From the IMG/VR virus record IMGVR_UViG_3300029982_000009: a stretch of DNA of 64,000 bases, one strand, 5' to 3'. Shown here piece after piece: positions 38,723 through 48,114 of the stretch. This DNA comes from a virus. Its lineage: Duplodnaviria; Caudoviricetes. Each line of letters opens with the position of its first letter. Position 1 is the stretch's first letter. The notes under the pieces were generated by a model. The model worked only from the letters and a program-made list of their open reading frames with translations. It ran no database searches and had not been told where the DNA came from. The position numbers and the translations under genes were made by a program.

Positions 38723-39274
38723 TTATCGTCCTGTACTACCAAATCCTAAATCAGCACGATTTGAAGTTGGTAATTCATTAACTTCGACAATATCAACATT
38801 TGTTTTTACTTCTACCGGAATCATTTGAACGATTTTATCTCCGGCTTTTACCGTATAATTTACTTTATTGTGGTTAGTAAGTAATACTTTAAGTTCACCG
38901 GTATACCCGGCATCAATTACTCCGCCCGATACCGTGATTCCTTTAACTGCCATACTTGATCGATCTCGATATAATAGACCATAATTAATACCTGTTTCGA
39001 CTAGCCGAATATCAGCGCGAATATAATTTTCGTTGTTAAATGGATTTACAAAAAGAAGTTTTTCAAACATAGTTCTCGGCTGCCGTAGGACAACATCATA
39101 ATCTTCTTCAGCGTCTACGTACCGGGCACTAACAAAGGTATTTACAAGTGTAACTGTATTCTTATTTAAAACGGTATCTTCGGCGGCATATAGATCAAAG
39201 CCTAAATCTTCACCTGCAGTTGATACCGTTGGTAGAATTGCATGTGCGGCTAATTTCTTTACTAACAGTGGCAT
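38723..39274 (-). CDS. dut: trimeric dUTPase with insertion
   Basis: GFDLYA, RSS, GVIDAGYTGE, GDKIVQ, RADLGFGSTG motifs. Confidence 0.93.
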   Translation of the reverse strand: MPLLVKKLAAHAILPTVSTAGEDLGFDLYAAEDTVLNKNTVTLVNTFVSARYVDAEEDYDVVLRQPRTMFEKLLFVNPFNNENYIRADIRLVETGINYGLLYRDRSSMAVKGITVSGGVIDAGYTGELKVLLTNHNKVNYTVKAGDKIVQMIPVEVKTNVDIVEVNELPTSNRADLGFGSTGR

Positions 39275-39295
39275 AAATTAAATCTCCTATTAATA

Positions 39296-39324
39296 ATTAT
39301 AACATTACTAATAGGAGGTGTCAA
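39296..39324 (-). promoter_or_regulatory. sigma70-type early promoter for the dUTPase operon
   Basis: TTGACA-N17-TATAAT on minus strand. Confidence 0.8.
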
Positions 39325-39325
39325 T

Positions 39326-40072
39326 CTAAAGTGTTGTTAAGTGTGCATATGACCAAATTGAGGTATTGCCTGTGTATTCTCCGACGCAAACATATATGTT
39401 TCCGTTGCCGTATGCAAGTTGCCCAGGTGTATCTGAAGGAATACCTACAGATGTTGGTACATATGATTTTGCAACGCTCAAACTATTTTTACGAGTAAGA
39501 ATCCAGTTTGTTCCGTCAGGACTACCTAAGGTAAGCGTATGTGGGCCAGCAGCATTAAATGTTAATACGTTGGTTACCGAATTAAAGCCAGTAATACTAT
39601 TCCCGTGCTGGACTGCTAATCCGCCGAAACTTAAATTATGACTAGAATCTACCGCAGTTACATACAATGTCAATTCGGAATAACCTAAATTTGGAAAATT
39701 TGTAGGATTAACTGTGGTGGTAACATTACCAGTCCCCGCAAGAGATACCTCATGAAATGTGCCTAATGTAAAATCAAAATTTTCTGTGGCCGAAGTAGTT
39801 AATGATCCATGATTATAAATCTGTAAGCCGAAATCATTTAATTCTGTATTTGATATCGGCATCCCGCCCATATTATTAATATTTGCATTTGCTCCATAGG
39901 TAAGTGCAGATTTAACTACCACCTTATTAATTAAATCATTAATTTCCGCAGCGGTTTCGGCGAAATTGTTCAGAGTGGCAAGAAAATTACTACGAAAGCC
40001 TTGGGTACTCTGATTCACACCCGCTACAGGATAGGTTGGATCGATTGAATTTGGATTAATTTGTGATGCCAT
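39326..40072 (-). CDS. virion structural protein
   Basis: M.S.IN..SID.TYPVAG.NQSTQGFR.NF N-terminus; TATAAATA and AGGAG upstream. Confidence 0.7.
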   Translation of the reverse strand: MASQINPNSIDPTYPVAGVNQSTQGFRSNFLATLNNFAETAAEINDLINKVVVKSALTYGANANINNMGGMPISNTELNDFGLQIYNHGSLTTSATENFDFTLGTFHEVSLAGTGNVTTTVNPTNFPNLGYSELTLYVTAVDSSHNLSFGGLAVQHGNSITGFNSVTNVLTFNAAGPHTLTLGSPDGTNWILTRKNSLSVAKSYVPTSVGIPSDTPGQLAYGNGNIYVCVGEYTGNTSIWSYAHLTTL

Positions 40073-40092
40073 ATTATTATCTCCTAATGTAT

Positions 40093-42885
40093 TTATACCC
40101 CAACTATTCTGCGATAATCCAATGGGGAATTTTTAAATTTTAGATAAATGCTGCCTTCATCTTGATGTAAAAATTTATCGCTAGTATCAACAAAAGTAAC
40201 ATTATAGAAAGTAGTAGAGTCTCCGATATCTATCTCTTCTGTGGAAATATTAATGCCTGCTTCTGTTGTTAATATTATGCCTAGTTCGGTTAACATATCG
40301 AATATGCTGCTTACTTTGGTGAATTCTGTTATTTCCGATAAACTCCAAGTATTTGTTTCTGTGTTCCAATTTTGCAAAATACCGTAGTTCCAAACATATC
40401 TATCAGTTTCTGCAAAAATTGTATTAAGCGGCCTATTATTATCATAGTATTGTTGTAGATAGAATAATATTTTTTGCCCCTGCCCAGGATTAACGTAGAC
40501 AAGCGGAATTGCGGGTACAAAACCCAATATTTCACCATTTGGCTGAGTATCAGTCATCCAAGTCGGGAGGAAGTTTTCATCAAATCCACTTAACGTTGTA
40601 TTAAGCTGATTAATCATATTTGGAATAGTCGGTGGATATAGCGTTTCATAATTGGCTGTCGTTATACTACCCGAATATGAATTACCGGCTAAATCGGTGT
40701 ATGAGTCTAATGGTTGAATGTAGATGATTTCGTAACCATCAGTTGTACTCTGGGCCCATTTAAGATTAGTAAATAGAAAAGTTTTTCGATGGTAATATTT
40801 GTCCAATGAGGCTGCAATTTCCGCAGGTGTTACTGCTGCAATTCCATATCCGATTAACATTCTTATAGTATTTTGAATGCCAAAATAAAAATCTTGCTGG
40901 CGATAAATTGCAGAGTTTGGAATTATTGCTTGGTCCAATAATGGTGTGAATAATGTTTCGCTATCCTCGTCGTTTAATAAAAATTCTAGGCTCAAATTTG
41001 TTTTCGGTGATGTATTATATGATGAGATCGGTGACGGCACTAAATTAAGAGTAAATGTTTGTGAAGTTTTTGCAAGATATTGGAAGTCTTTGTTCACAAT
41101 ATTATTGGGACCGGGTAAATCTGTTTCTGGAACCATTGACGATTTATTCGATCCTACAATAGCCGTTATGGTAAATGTGAATTGAAGGTCAAATTCTGTT
41201 TTATCGTTTAATAAGGTACAATCATTGAAACTAAAATATTGGAAGCTGGGGCTGCCAACTAAATCACCGTTCGATAATACTCTTAATCCGGTAGGTATCA
41301 TCCCGTCGATTAATGAATAATTAATTGGATTTCCTGGGGTTATTGCCGATCTTTCGGTTATTATGACCGGTGGAATTGCTAGATAATTGCTGCCTGTGTT
41401 GGTTAAGATTATATTTGATATACCGCCATTGTAGACTAGAACGGTTGCGCTAGCAGGTGATGTTTCTCCCGTTAGCCCAAATCCAACCAACGCGGAATCA
41501 TAAAATTCTCCGGTTGATAGTACATTAACCGTGTCAATTCCAAAGTTAAGATCAATAATTGCATTCAGCCCATTGGGATTATTCCATATAATATTAGAAA
41601 GATTTGGTAATTCTGTATATTGTTGAACCCCTGGGCTTATACTAACAGATGATATAGATCCATTGGAGGTATTTCCAGTAACGACAATATTTGCATTCGA
41701 AGAATTAATTCCCCCGGTAACAATGAACCATTCCCCAATGTTAAAATTGCTTCCCCCATTAATAATGGTAGCATCTATTACTTTTAATGTTGCATTTGCA
41801 GTCGCGCCGCCTGCAATTTGCGGTGTAGTAGATTCTAAAATTTCTGCTTTAAATGAAATTGTGCTAGGGACTCCCGGAGTCACGTTGCCAATATTAATAG
41901 GACTTGTCCATTGCACATTTTTTTGGTATGGACTTTCAACAGTAAGATACACGGGAAGAATAGTTTGATATGGATTAATTCCAGATGTCGGTTCAGTAAC
42001 TTTTTTGTAGGCTCTTACATTAAATTCATATGGGGAAGCATTGCTATAATAATTATCGACATAGCCGGTTAACCAGCCGGTATTTGCATTAAGCGATAAA
42101 TTACTATTGGGAAAAACATTTCCATTAATTAATTGGTAATTAATAGTATTGTTTTCATAATCTACCGCTTCAAATTGATGTTGTAAAAAATTGCCTGTTA
42201 TATTTCCGATATTAATATATTTTCCTTCATCTGATTCTAGAAAAATCGGAGAATAATAACTGCCGGAGGATGCTACGGTTAACGTAAAATTTGCAGTAAG
42301 ATTAGAACCGTATGCGGCGGTAAAAGAAAAAGTATTAGAAGACATGCTTAGAGAAATATTTGGCTTGCCAACTTCGATATTAGGATAAATTGCAGGAGTA
42401 TCATATAATACTGCGGGATTAATATACCCAGAAATATATCCGGATGAATCAATAGTAAGATTTCCCGGCAAGCCGCCGGATGAAAGACTAATATTAGGCG
42501 TGAATGGTAAACCGGCAATTGGCGCAATATTGGCCGACATCCAGGCTCCTGCTGGAAAAATTCCTAGATTTGCATTAGGAAAAATATCTAATAATTCAAC
42601 ATTAGATACACAAATTGAAAACGTTCTATCGGCTATTGAATTATTATCAGTTGCTCTAATAGTAAATGAATATGTTCCGGGTAGATTTTCGGAATTCGCC
42701 ATACCCCATATACTAGGAATAAATTGATTTTGCTTGGGAAGAGCTAATGTTACTCCGCTAGGTAACGATCCAGCAATAATATTATAGGTTGCTGTATTGC
42801 TAGCATTACAGTTTAGGTTAACAGAAAAGGTGTTACCTAAATTTACATTAGCGATATATCCTGGGGCTGTTATCCATGTTGGCAT
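40093..42885 (-). CDS. large virion structural protein with putative Ig-like repeats
   Basis: repeated Y.LI.G.LP.GL.L...G.I.G.P units; TAAATA-N5-ATG. Confidence 0.7.
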   Translation of the reverse strand: MPTWITAPGYIANVNLGNTFSVNLNCNASNTATYNIIAGSLPSGVTLALPKQNQFIPSIWGMANSENLPGTYSFTIRATDNNSIADRTFSICVSNVELLDIFPNANLGIFPAGAWMSANIAPIAGLPFTPNISLSSGGLPGNLTIDSSGYISGYINPAVLYDTPAIYPNIEVGKPNISLSMSSNTFSFTAAYGSNLTANFTLTVASSGSYYSPIFLESDEGKYINIGNITGNFLQHQFEAVDYENNTINYQLINGNVFPNSNLSLNANTGWLTGYVDNYYSNASPYEFNVRAYKKVTEPTSGINPYQTILPVYLTVESPYQKNVQWTSPINIGNVTPGVPSTISFKAEILESTTPQIAGGATANATLKVIDATIINGGSNFNIGEWFIVTGGINSSNANIVVTGNTSNGSISSVSISPGVQQYTELPNLSNIIWNNPNGLNAIIDLNFGIDTVNVLSTGEFYDSALVGFGLTGETSPASATVLVYNGGISNIILTNTGSNYLAIPPVIITERSAITPGNPINYSLIDGMIPTGLRVLSNGDLVGSPSFQYFSFNDCTLLNDKTEFDLQFTFTITAIVGSNKSSMVPETDLPGPNNIVNKDFQYLAKTSQTFTLNLVPSPISSYNTSPKTNLSLEFLLNDEDSETLFTPLLDQAIIPNSAIYRQQDFYFGIQNTIRMLIGYGIAAVTPAEIAASLDKYYHRKTFLFTNLKWAQSTTDGYEIIYIQPLDSYTDLAGNSYSGSITTANYETLYPPTIPNMINQLNTTLSGFDENFLPTWMTDTQPNGEILGFVPAIPLVYVNPGQGQKILFYLQQYYDNNRPLNTIFAETDRYVWNYGILQNWNTETNTWSLSEITEFTKVSSIFDMLTELGIILTTEAGINISTEEIDIGDSTTFYNVTFVDTSDKFLHQDEGSIYLKFKNSPLDYRRIVGV

Positions 42886-42900
42886 ATTGATATTTATGCC

Positions 42901-42934
42901 GACAAAGAAACGGCACTAGTGCCGTTTCTTTGTC
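42901..42934. terminator. perfect 34 bp palindrome, probable terminator
   Basis: GACAAAGAAACGGCACT|AGTGCCGTTTCTTTGTC. Confidence 0.7.
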
Positions 42935-42936
42935 AG

Positions 42937-43131
42937 TTACATGCTTAAGGTTTTTAAAAATTGCCGTTCTATTAGATATCTAGCCGCTGCCCAGGCAGAT
43001 TCTTCATTATGTGTCATTCCGGATAATAGAAAAATTTCGTGGGAAGAACGGTGAACTATTTCGTAAAATTTTCCAATTTTACGGCATCGTGCAGTCGTAT
43101 ATATAGTAGATACAAATTCTTTATCGGTCAT
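42937..43131 (-). CDS. small paralogue family A
   Basis: MTDKEFVSTIYTTA...EESAWAAA...FLKTLSM; ATGA overlap start. Confidence 0.7.
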   Translation of the reverse strand: MTDKEFVSTIYTTARCRKIGKFYEIVHRSSHEIFLLSGMTHNEESAWAAARYLIERQFLKTLSM

Positions 43132-43346
43132 TGCGAAAATTGTTCTAAAACTATAAGCTGAGTGGTTTTCCATGCAATTCCCCATAATTCTGAATGGCCA
43201 ATAATTCCCGAAGGAAAAAATTTGGTTGGAGTTAACCGAGTGAATTCTTCCGGCTCATCACCGATGCTTGCAATATACGCATAGCCGCCAAACCAATAGC
43301 ATTTTGCATTTGGATAAATCGCTTTAACCTGCTCTTTGTATGTCAT
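43128..43346 (-). CDS. small paralogue family A
   Basis: MTYKEQVKAIYPNA...LWGIAW...LEQFSQ. Confidence 0.7.
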   Translation of the reverse strand: MTYKEQVKAIYPNAKCYWFGGYAYIASIGDEPEEFTRLTPTKFFPSGIIGHSELWGIAWKTTQLIVLEQFSQ

Positions 43347-43567
43347 TCTGTGAATTTGTCTATCATATCTTCCGCAATTTTTGTATATGCGTTTTGCCAA
43401 GCGGCCTGCTCGTCGGCATACAACATACTAATTGCCTTATCATATTGCCCATATGAATCAACGTATTCTTCTCGCGGATCCGAGCAAATTATTTGGAAGA
43501 AATAATTATGCCATTCAATACATTTTGAATTTGGAAAAATCTTTTGAACTTGTTTTTTGTAATTCAT
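43343..43567 (-). CDS. small paralogue family A
   Basis: MNYKKQVQKIFPNS...AAWQNAY...IDKFTE. Confidence 0.7.
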   Translation of the reverse strand: MNYKKQVQKIFPNSKCIEWHNYFFQIICSDPREEYVDSYGQYDKAISMLYADEQAAWQNAYTKIAEDMIDKFTE

Positions 43568-43608
43568 TCTGAGAATCCCCAAATTCTAGTATTAATTTTA
43601 AGAATTTT

Positions 43609-43824
43609 TTAAAATCGGTAAACAATCCTACCTAAAGAGAGCGAATACGGAGAAAGTTCAACCTGAACGAAATCCCCTGGTTCAAGACGAATATTGTTTT
43701 TACGCATTCTGCCGCCTAGGTAACCAATGACTGTTTGTCCACCAGGAATTTCTACAATCCATGTTGTGTTGGGAAGAGTTTTAACGATTTTACCTTTTAA
43801 TTCGACTAGATCAACTGATGCCAC
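43609..43824 (-). CDS. infA: translation initiation factor IF-1
   Basis: G.IV..LPNT...VE...G..V...L.GRMRKN.IR...GD.V.VELSPY.L..GRIVYR; AGGAG RBS, GTG start. Confidence 0.93.
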   Translation of the reverse strand: MASVDLVELKGKIVKTLPNTTWIVEIPGGQTVIGYLGGRMRKNNIRLEPGDFVQVELSPYSLSLGRIVYRF

Positions 43825-43836
43825 GTTACTCCTGAT

Positions 43837-44037
43837 TCATTTTGAAAATTGGGTTAAAATTTTTGAGTTAATTGTTTTAGCAGCCCATTGCCATGCCATT
43901 TCTTCACTGATAAAACTAATTGCTAATATTTGTTCTACTTTAATTATAACATATTTAGTGTATTGATGCGTGGAAGAATTATCATTGGTGCATTTTGCGT
44001 CTGGATAAATCGATAATACAAATTCTTTATCGGTCAT
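43837..44037 (-). CDS. small paralogue family A
   Basis: MTDKEFVLSIYPDA...EEMAWQWAA...LTQFSK. Confidence 0.75.
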   Translation of the reverse strand: MTDKEFVLSIYPDAKCTNDNSSTHQYTKYVIIKVEQILAISFISEEMAWQWAAKTINSKILTQFSK

Positions 44038-44234
44038 TGCGCTAACCTATCTATTAATCGATCCGATAAAATCGCTGCCGCCGTCGTCCAGGCTTCTTCC
44101 TCGTTTTCGGCGATAACCGAAAATAAGAAAGGCCACTCCCCACGAAAAAATCCGTAGTGTCCTTTTAAAATAGATACCCCTGGGGAAATTCTAATTTTAG
44201 GGCATATTGAAATAGCTAGATCTTTATCAGTCAT
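44034..44234 (-). CDS. small paralogue family A
   Basis: MTDKDLAISICP...EEEAWTTAA...IDRLAQ. Confidence 0.75.
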   Translation of the reverse strand: MTDKDLAISICPKIRISPGVSILKGHYGFFRGEWPFLFSVIAENEEEAWTTAAAILSDRLIDRLAQ

Positions 44235-44481
44235 GATTGTAATGCCATAAAAAATTCCGCTTCTCTGAGGTTTTTAAACGGACCATATTCATATGTTTCA
44301 CCGGTATTATATACTACTTCAACCTTTATTTTACGGCAAAAATTCATACGATAATACAGAATTAATTCTGGGTAATTATTAATAGTTTTAACTATCGTTG
44401 GATTTTTACGAAGGATCACGAATAAAATGAAGACAATCGTGAAACATATATATATATCGCATAAAATATTAATATAATCAT
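44231..44481 (-). pseudogene. membrane protein gene apparently frameshifted in an (AT)6 tract
   Basis: ATG 44481 (ATGA overlap) is out of frame with the downstream ORF; removing one AT unit from 44446-44457 gives an 82 aa protein with an N-terminal TM helix. Confidence 0.5.
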
Positions 44482-44681
44482 TCTGATAATCTTGCTTGCA
44501 GCTCGGCATTAATAAAATTTTTTGCACTGCGCCACGCATCGGCGGCAGTCGAACACCAGGCTGATATTGCTTCCTTGTCGGAACGACCCGAAAAACTAAT
44601 ATTAAAGCATCCTAAAAATTGGTTGTGCCGAACATATGCACCGGGATAAATCGATAGCACGAATTCTTTATTGTTGTTCAT
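44478..44681 (-). CDS. small paralogue family A
   Basis: MNNNKEFVLSIYPGA...ADAWRSA...QARLSE. Confidence 0.75.
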   Translation of the reverse strand: MNNNKEFVLSIYPGAYVRHNQFLGCFNISFSGRSDKEAISAWCSTAADAWRSAKNFINAELQARLSE

Positions 44682-44896
44682 TCTGATAATCTTTCAACTA
44701 AGTTTTCATTGATCTTATCGGCCGCATCTTTCCAGGCATCGCTAGATGTTTTACTCCATTTCGATAGCGGATAAGGAAATACATCTACTATATTAGCATA
44801 CTTCTCAATGCGCCAACCATTAAACAGTGGGCTGAGATAGGCTCGCGCATATGGATATTGAGCGAGAACAATTTTTTTATTCGGGTTCTGCATCAT
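44678..44896 (-). CDS. small paralogue family A
   Basis: MMQNPNKKIVLAQYPYA...SDAWKDAA...VERLSE. Confidence 0.75.
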   Translation of the reverse strand: MMQNPNKKIVLAQYPYARAYLSPLFNGWRIEKYANIVDVFPYPLSKWSKTSSDAWKDAADKINENLVERLSE

Positions 44897-45105
44897 TCTG
44901 ATAGACATCGTAAAAATTGCCATTCGATCCTTTCAATTGTATCTTCCCATGCAAATTCTTCGTCACACCCCCAACTTGACAGCGTCGCGCCGGAATTATT
45001 TTGAAGTATTCTCCAGATCGGCTTGCCTGTGACGGGTGAACGGCCAGATACCGCAATCGCGTCCGGATAAACTGCCCGGACGCGATTTATTAGTACGCTT
45101 TTCAT
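44893..45105 (-). CDS. small paralogue family A
   Basis: RVRAVYPDA...EEFAWEDT...LRCLSE. Confidence 0.75.
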   Translation of the reverse strand: MKSVLINRVRAVYPDAIAVSGRSPVTGKPIWRILQNNSGATLSSWGCDEEFAWEDTIERIEWQFLRCLSE

Positions 45106-46283
45106 TATTTGATCGCTTTCAGCAGGATAGTATCTGCATTCATGCTTTCCCGCAATGAAGTTTCTACCGCCTTGATATTATCGAACCACTTGAACGCTCC
45201 AACCTTGCTCATACTGTTAAACTGCTTTAGTTGTTCGGCGATCTTGCGCAGCGTTTTCGACGTGCTCTTGGTCGGGTCCATGTTAAGAATTTTGTTGCCC
45301 TTAACGTCAAGTGTTGAATTCGGAAGAGCAACATAGCGTCCAATTTTTCTCGTCTTGGTATTTAGAACCCATAATACGGTTGACTTGAGAATTTGAACAG
45401 GGTCAATGCTAGTGAGATGCATTTCCGGCTGAACCTGAAGGAAGCGCAACTTGCTAACAACCTTATCAGGAGTTGTCATCTTCTTCTTGCGGGACTTGCG
45501 CGTGCTCTTCTTGACGATACCGAAACCGGTAATGTCAGTGATGGCTGTTTCCCACCAGGCAACCGATGCTTTCAATTCGCGCTTGCCAAGATGCGCATAC
45601 GCTTCGTTGATTTCATCATTCTTGCCAGCAAGTGCAATCTTGAATTCCGAAAGATACACATTTGCAAACTCAATCAGATCCTTGGTACGATTACCAGGGG
45701 CAGTCGTTTTCGGATCATGCAAAATCTGCATGATATTTCGTTCCGACTTCTGATAATTCGATTCAACGAACTGGTCGAACGCGGCGTTGATCTCACCCTT
45801 CACCCGACGCAATTTTGCGTCAATGAAGTCTTGAATATTCGGCTTCGCGACCCCGTCAACTGCCGGAACTGAAACTTTCATATTTTCAAGGCATTTGCGC
45901 AGGTCACGAACAATAAACTTGCTTTCACGGAATCGTATCTTGAATCCCATCTGAATCATGCGGATCATCCAAGCCGATGCGTGCGGAATTTGCAACTTGC
46001 TCTTTTTTAATGCCTGAACTAATTCTGGCATATTGTTTGAAACGGCCAAGGCTTTCAGAGCAAGCTCGTGACCATGATCGTCATCCTGGGTTGCTGTATA
46101 CCAGGCAAATGCTGCGAGCAGTTGGCGATCATATTCATCCTGGGACCACTGCGCCTGCTCTTCAACGGAAGGCCAATAGGGCTCGTCAAGGCCGATATAC
46201 TTCGCCCCTTCTCCCTTGAAACGGAGTATCGGGGTTGGCTTTACATGCTCTGGCTTGAATGATCTTTTTACTGTCTTCGTCAT
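45105..46283 (-). CDS. conserved T4-like phage hypothetical protein
   Basis: KL.F......L.SIDP..I......LWV.NTKTRK.GRYVA...L.VKG..I......S..KTLRK C-terminal motif. Confidence 0.8.
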   Translation of the reverse strand: MTKTVKRSFKPEHVKPTPILRFKGEGAKYIGLDEPYWPSVEEQAQWSQDEYDRQLLAAFAWYTATQDDDHGHELALKALAVSNNMPELVQALKKSKLQIPHASAWMIRMIQMGFKIRFRESKFIVRDLRKCLENMKVSVPAVDGVAKPNIQDFIDAKLRRVKGEINAAFDQFVESNYQKSERNIMQILHDPKTTAPGNRTKDLIEFANVYLSEFKIALAGKNDEINEAYAHLGKRELKASVAWWETAITDITGFGIVKKSTRKSRKKKMTTPDKVVSKLRFLQVQPEMHLTSIDPVQILKSTVLWVLNTKTRKIGRYVALPNSTLDVKGNKILNMDPTKSTSKTLRKIAEQLKQFNSMSKVGAFKWFDNIKAVETSLRESMNADTILLKAIK

Positions 46284-46289
46284 GATTTA

Positions 46290-46318
46290 AATATACAAGA
46301 ATACGATACACTTGTCAA
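46290..46318 (-). promoter_or_regulatory. sigma70-type promoter, leaderless
   Basis: TTGACA-N17-TATATT, ATG 6 nt downstream. Confidence 0.75.
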
Positions 46319-46334
46319 CCACTATTTTCAGATT

Positions 46335-46540
46335 TTTAAGTTGTTGATTTTAAAGGGCCGATATCGTAAATATGGCGCCGTATGGCCCCAATATGACCCC
46401 AGGAGTAGCTGAGTACCATCATTATAGTGGGGTCATATTGGGGCGATATAAGTCCTTTGTTTTCAATGGCGCATTTTTCTTGGTTTTTAGGCTGATTTCG
46501 CTTGCATTCGGTACCGGAGTTTGCTATACTTATTTTAGTG
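46335..46540 (+). repeat. promoter-linked ~200 bp intergenic module, copy 2
   Basis: same boxes as copy 1; internal 17 bp perfect inverted repeat 46385-46401/46428-46444; TTGCAT (46502)-N17-TATACT (46525). Confidence 0.85.
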
Positions 46541-46574
46541 AATGGAACAGAGCTAACGAAGCAGAAGTTGGCTG

Positions 46575-46603
46575 TTGACAAGAATCAGGAACTTTGCTAC
46601 ACT
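46575..46603 (+). promoter_or_regulatory. sigma70-type early promoter
   Basis: TTGACA-N17-TACACT. Confidence 0.8.
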
Positions 46604-46631
46604 TAACAAGTAGTGAAAGGGGTAACACCGC

Positions 46632-47669
46632 ATGGCAACAGTGAAAATCATTCAGGGTTCGTATCGCAACCAGGAAATCAAAAACCAAACGTTTACGCTG
46701 ATTAATGGGTACGTGGAAACGCCGAATTCGAAGCATGTTACGGTCGAAGGAACAAAACTTTGTGGCCGTCCGACAGCTCGAATTCGCGTGAAGAGCCAGA
46801 AGGATTTTGTCATTGCCGGCACGGTTGAAACGGTTGATGATCAGATTTCTGTTGAAGAGGAATCCTCTGAGCCGGAAGTTGTTGAAACAGATGCAGCCGT
46901 ACTTGCGCGTATCAGTGATAGGTTTCAGATTTTAACTGAACTGACCCAGGGTGCTCTCACTGGAGATATTCGCGCATTGTTTGTAACCGGCGCCCCGGGA
47001 GTTGGAAAGACTTTCGGTGTTGAAAAGACGCTGCAAGATGCGGGGTTGGTTGAAATTTTTTCCGATCTTCCTCCTCGGTATGAAGTTATTTCTGGTGCAA
47101 TGTCTGCGGTCGGTATGTATATGAAGTTGTACGAATTCCGTGACGATAACAATGTTCTCGTCATTGACGATTGCGATTCGGTTTTTACCGACGAACTTTG
47201 CTTGAACCTGCTGAAAGCTGCATTGGATACGAGCAAGCGCCGCATGATTCACTGGAACGTGGATTCGGTTTCACTTCGGAAGGGTGATTGCCCTAACCAA
47301 TTTGAGTTCAAGGGTTCTATTATCTTCATTTCGAACATTAACTTCAAGAAGGTTCGTTCTGAGCGTATGCGTAACCATCTCGAGGCCCTCATGAGCCGTT
47401 CGCATTTTCTTGATCTTACTGTTCATACGGATCGCGAAAAGTTGCTCAGAATTGAAGACCTGGTTACGAATCATAAGATGCTTTCCCAGTTCAAACTGTC
47501 CGATAAAATGAGCGCAAAGGTTATGAAGTTCGTGCGTGATAACGCTTCGAAATTTAACGAGCTTAGCCTGCGCACTGTCATTAAATTGGCCGGTCTCGCC
47601 AGGACGTTCGACGAGAATGACAAGTGGATGCGAGTTGCTGAACTTTCTATGATGGGAAACCAATTTTAA
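46632..47669 (+). CDS. AAA-family ATPase (conserved T4-like phage family)
   Basis: GAPGVGKT Walker A, VLVIDDCD Walker B, LNLLKAALD, F.F.G.IIFISN, AL.SR. Confidence 0.88.
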   Translation: MATVKIIQGSYRNQEIKNQTFTLINGYVETPNSKHVTVEGTKLCGRPTARIRVKSQKDFVIAGTVETVDDQISVEEESSEPEVVETDAAVLARISDRFQILTELTQGALTGDIRALFVTGAPGVGKTFGVEKTLQDAGLVEIFSDLPPRYEVISGAMSAVGMYMKLYEFRDDNNVLVIDDCDSVFTDELCLNLLKAALDTSKRRMIHWNVDSVSLRKGDCPNQFEFKGSIIFISNINFKKVRSERMRNHLEALMSRSHFLDLTVHTDREKLLRIEDLVTNHKMLSQFKLSDKMSAKVMKFVRDNASKFNELSLRTVIKLAGLARTFDENDKWMRVAELSMMGNQF

Positions 47670-47703
47670 AATAGTGGGATTTAAATCCCACTATTTTAAA
47701 ATT
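47662..47703. terminator. perfect 42 bp palindrome
   Basis: AATTTTAAAATAGTGGGATTT|AAATCCCACTATTTTAAAATT. Confidence 0.7.
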
Positions 47704-47718
47704 AAAGGAGATGCTTAA

Positions 47719-47916
47719 ATGAAAAATGGTGTTTACGAGATTACCGATCCTATCAATGTTAAGAAGGTTTCGGATGAATTGGGCAACATTGTTACCGGTA
47801 AGGGTGGCGCTGAAATTAACATTAATGGAATTACCATTGCAGGTAATAGAGTTACCATTCGATGGGACAACCTATCTAGAGAGGTAAATATGGTTGTTTT
47901 GTCGTCTGCTAATTGA
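47719..47916 (+). CDS. hypothetical protein
   Basis: AAGGAG RBS, 65 aa. Confidence 0.7.
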   Translation: MKNGVYEITDPINVKKVSDELGNIVTGKGGAEININGITIAGNRVTIRWDNLSREVNMVVLSSAN

Positions 47917-48114
47917 GACGTCTGTTCTTCTTGCGGTCAAAATATGAACGCCGAAAACCTATAATTAAATGGCAAACAAAACAGATAAGAATGCGAAAAT
48001 TTAAGTTATTCTAGCTAGTTAAGTCGAATGCAAGATTAATGAGATGCGTGTTGCTGCTCTTTTTTGAAGAGTGGGAAACAATTTTAATCCATTAATTAAA
48101 GAAAGGATTGTATT

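Noticed and set aside
42937-45105. Integron-like cassette array
   Set aside because: Genes overlap by ATGA with no intergenic attC-like palindromes and no integrase in the window
47914-48110. tmRNA-like stretch (TAAATGGCAAAC... resembles a resume codon context)
   Set aside because: No GGGG 5' end or TCCACCA-type 3' acceptor, and the putative tag ANKTDKNAKI lacks the Ala-Ala ending; a 33 aa TTG-start ORF explains the region as well
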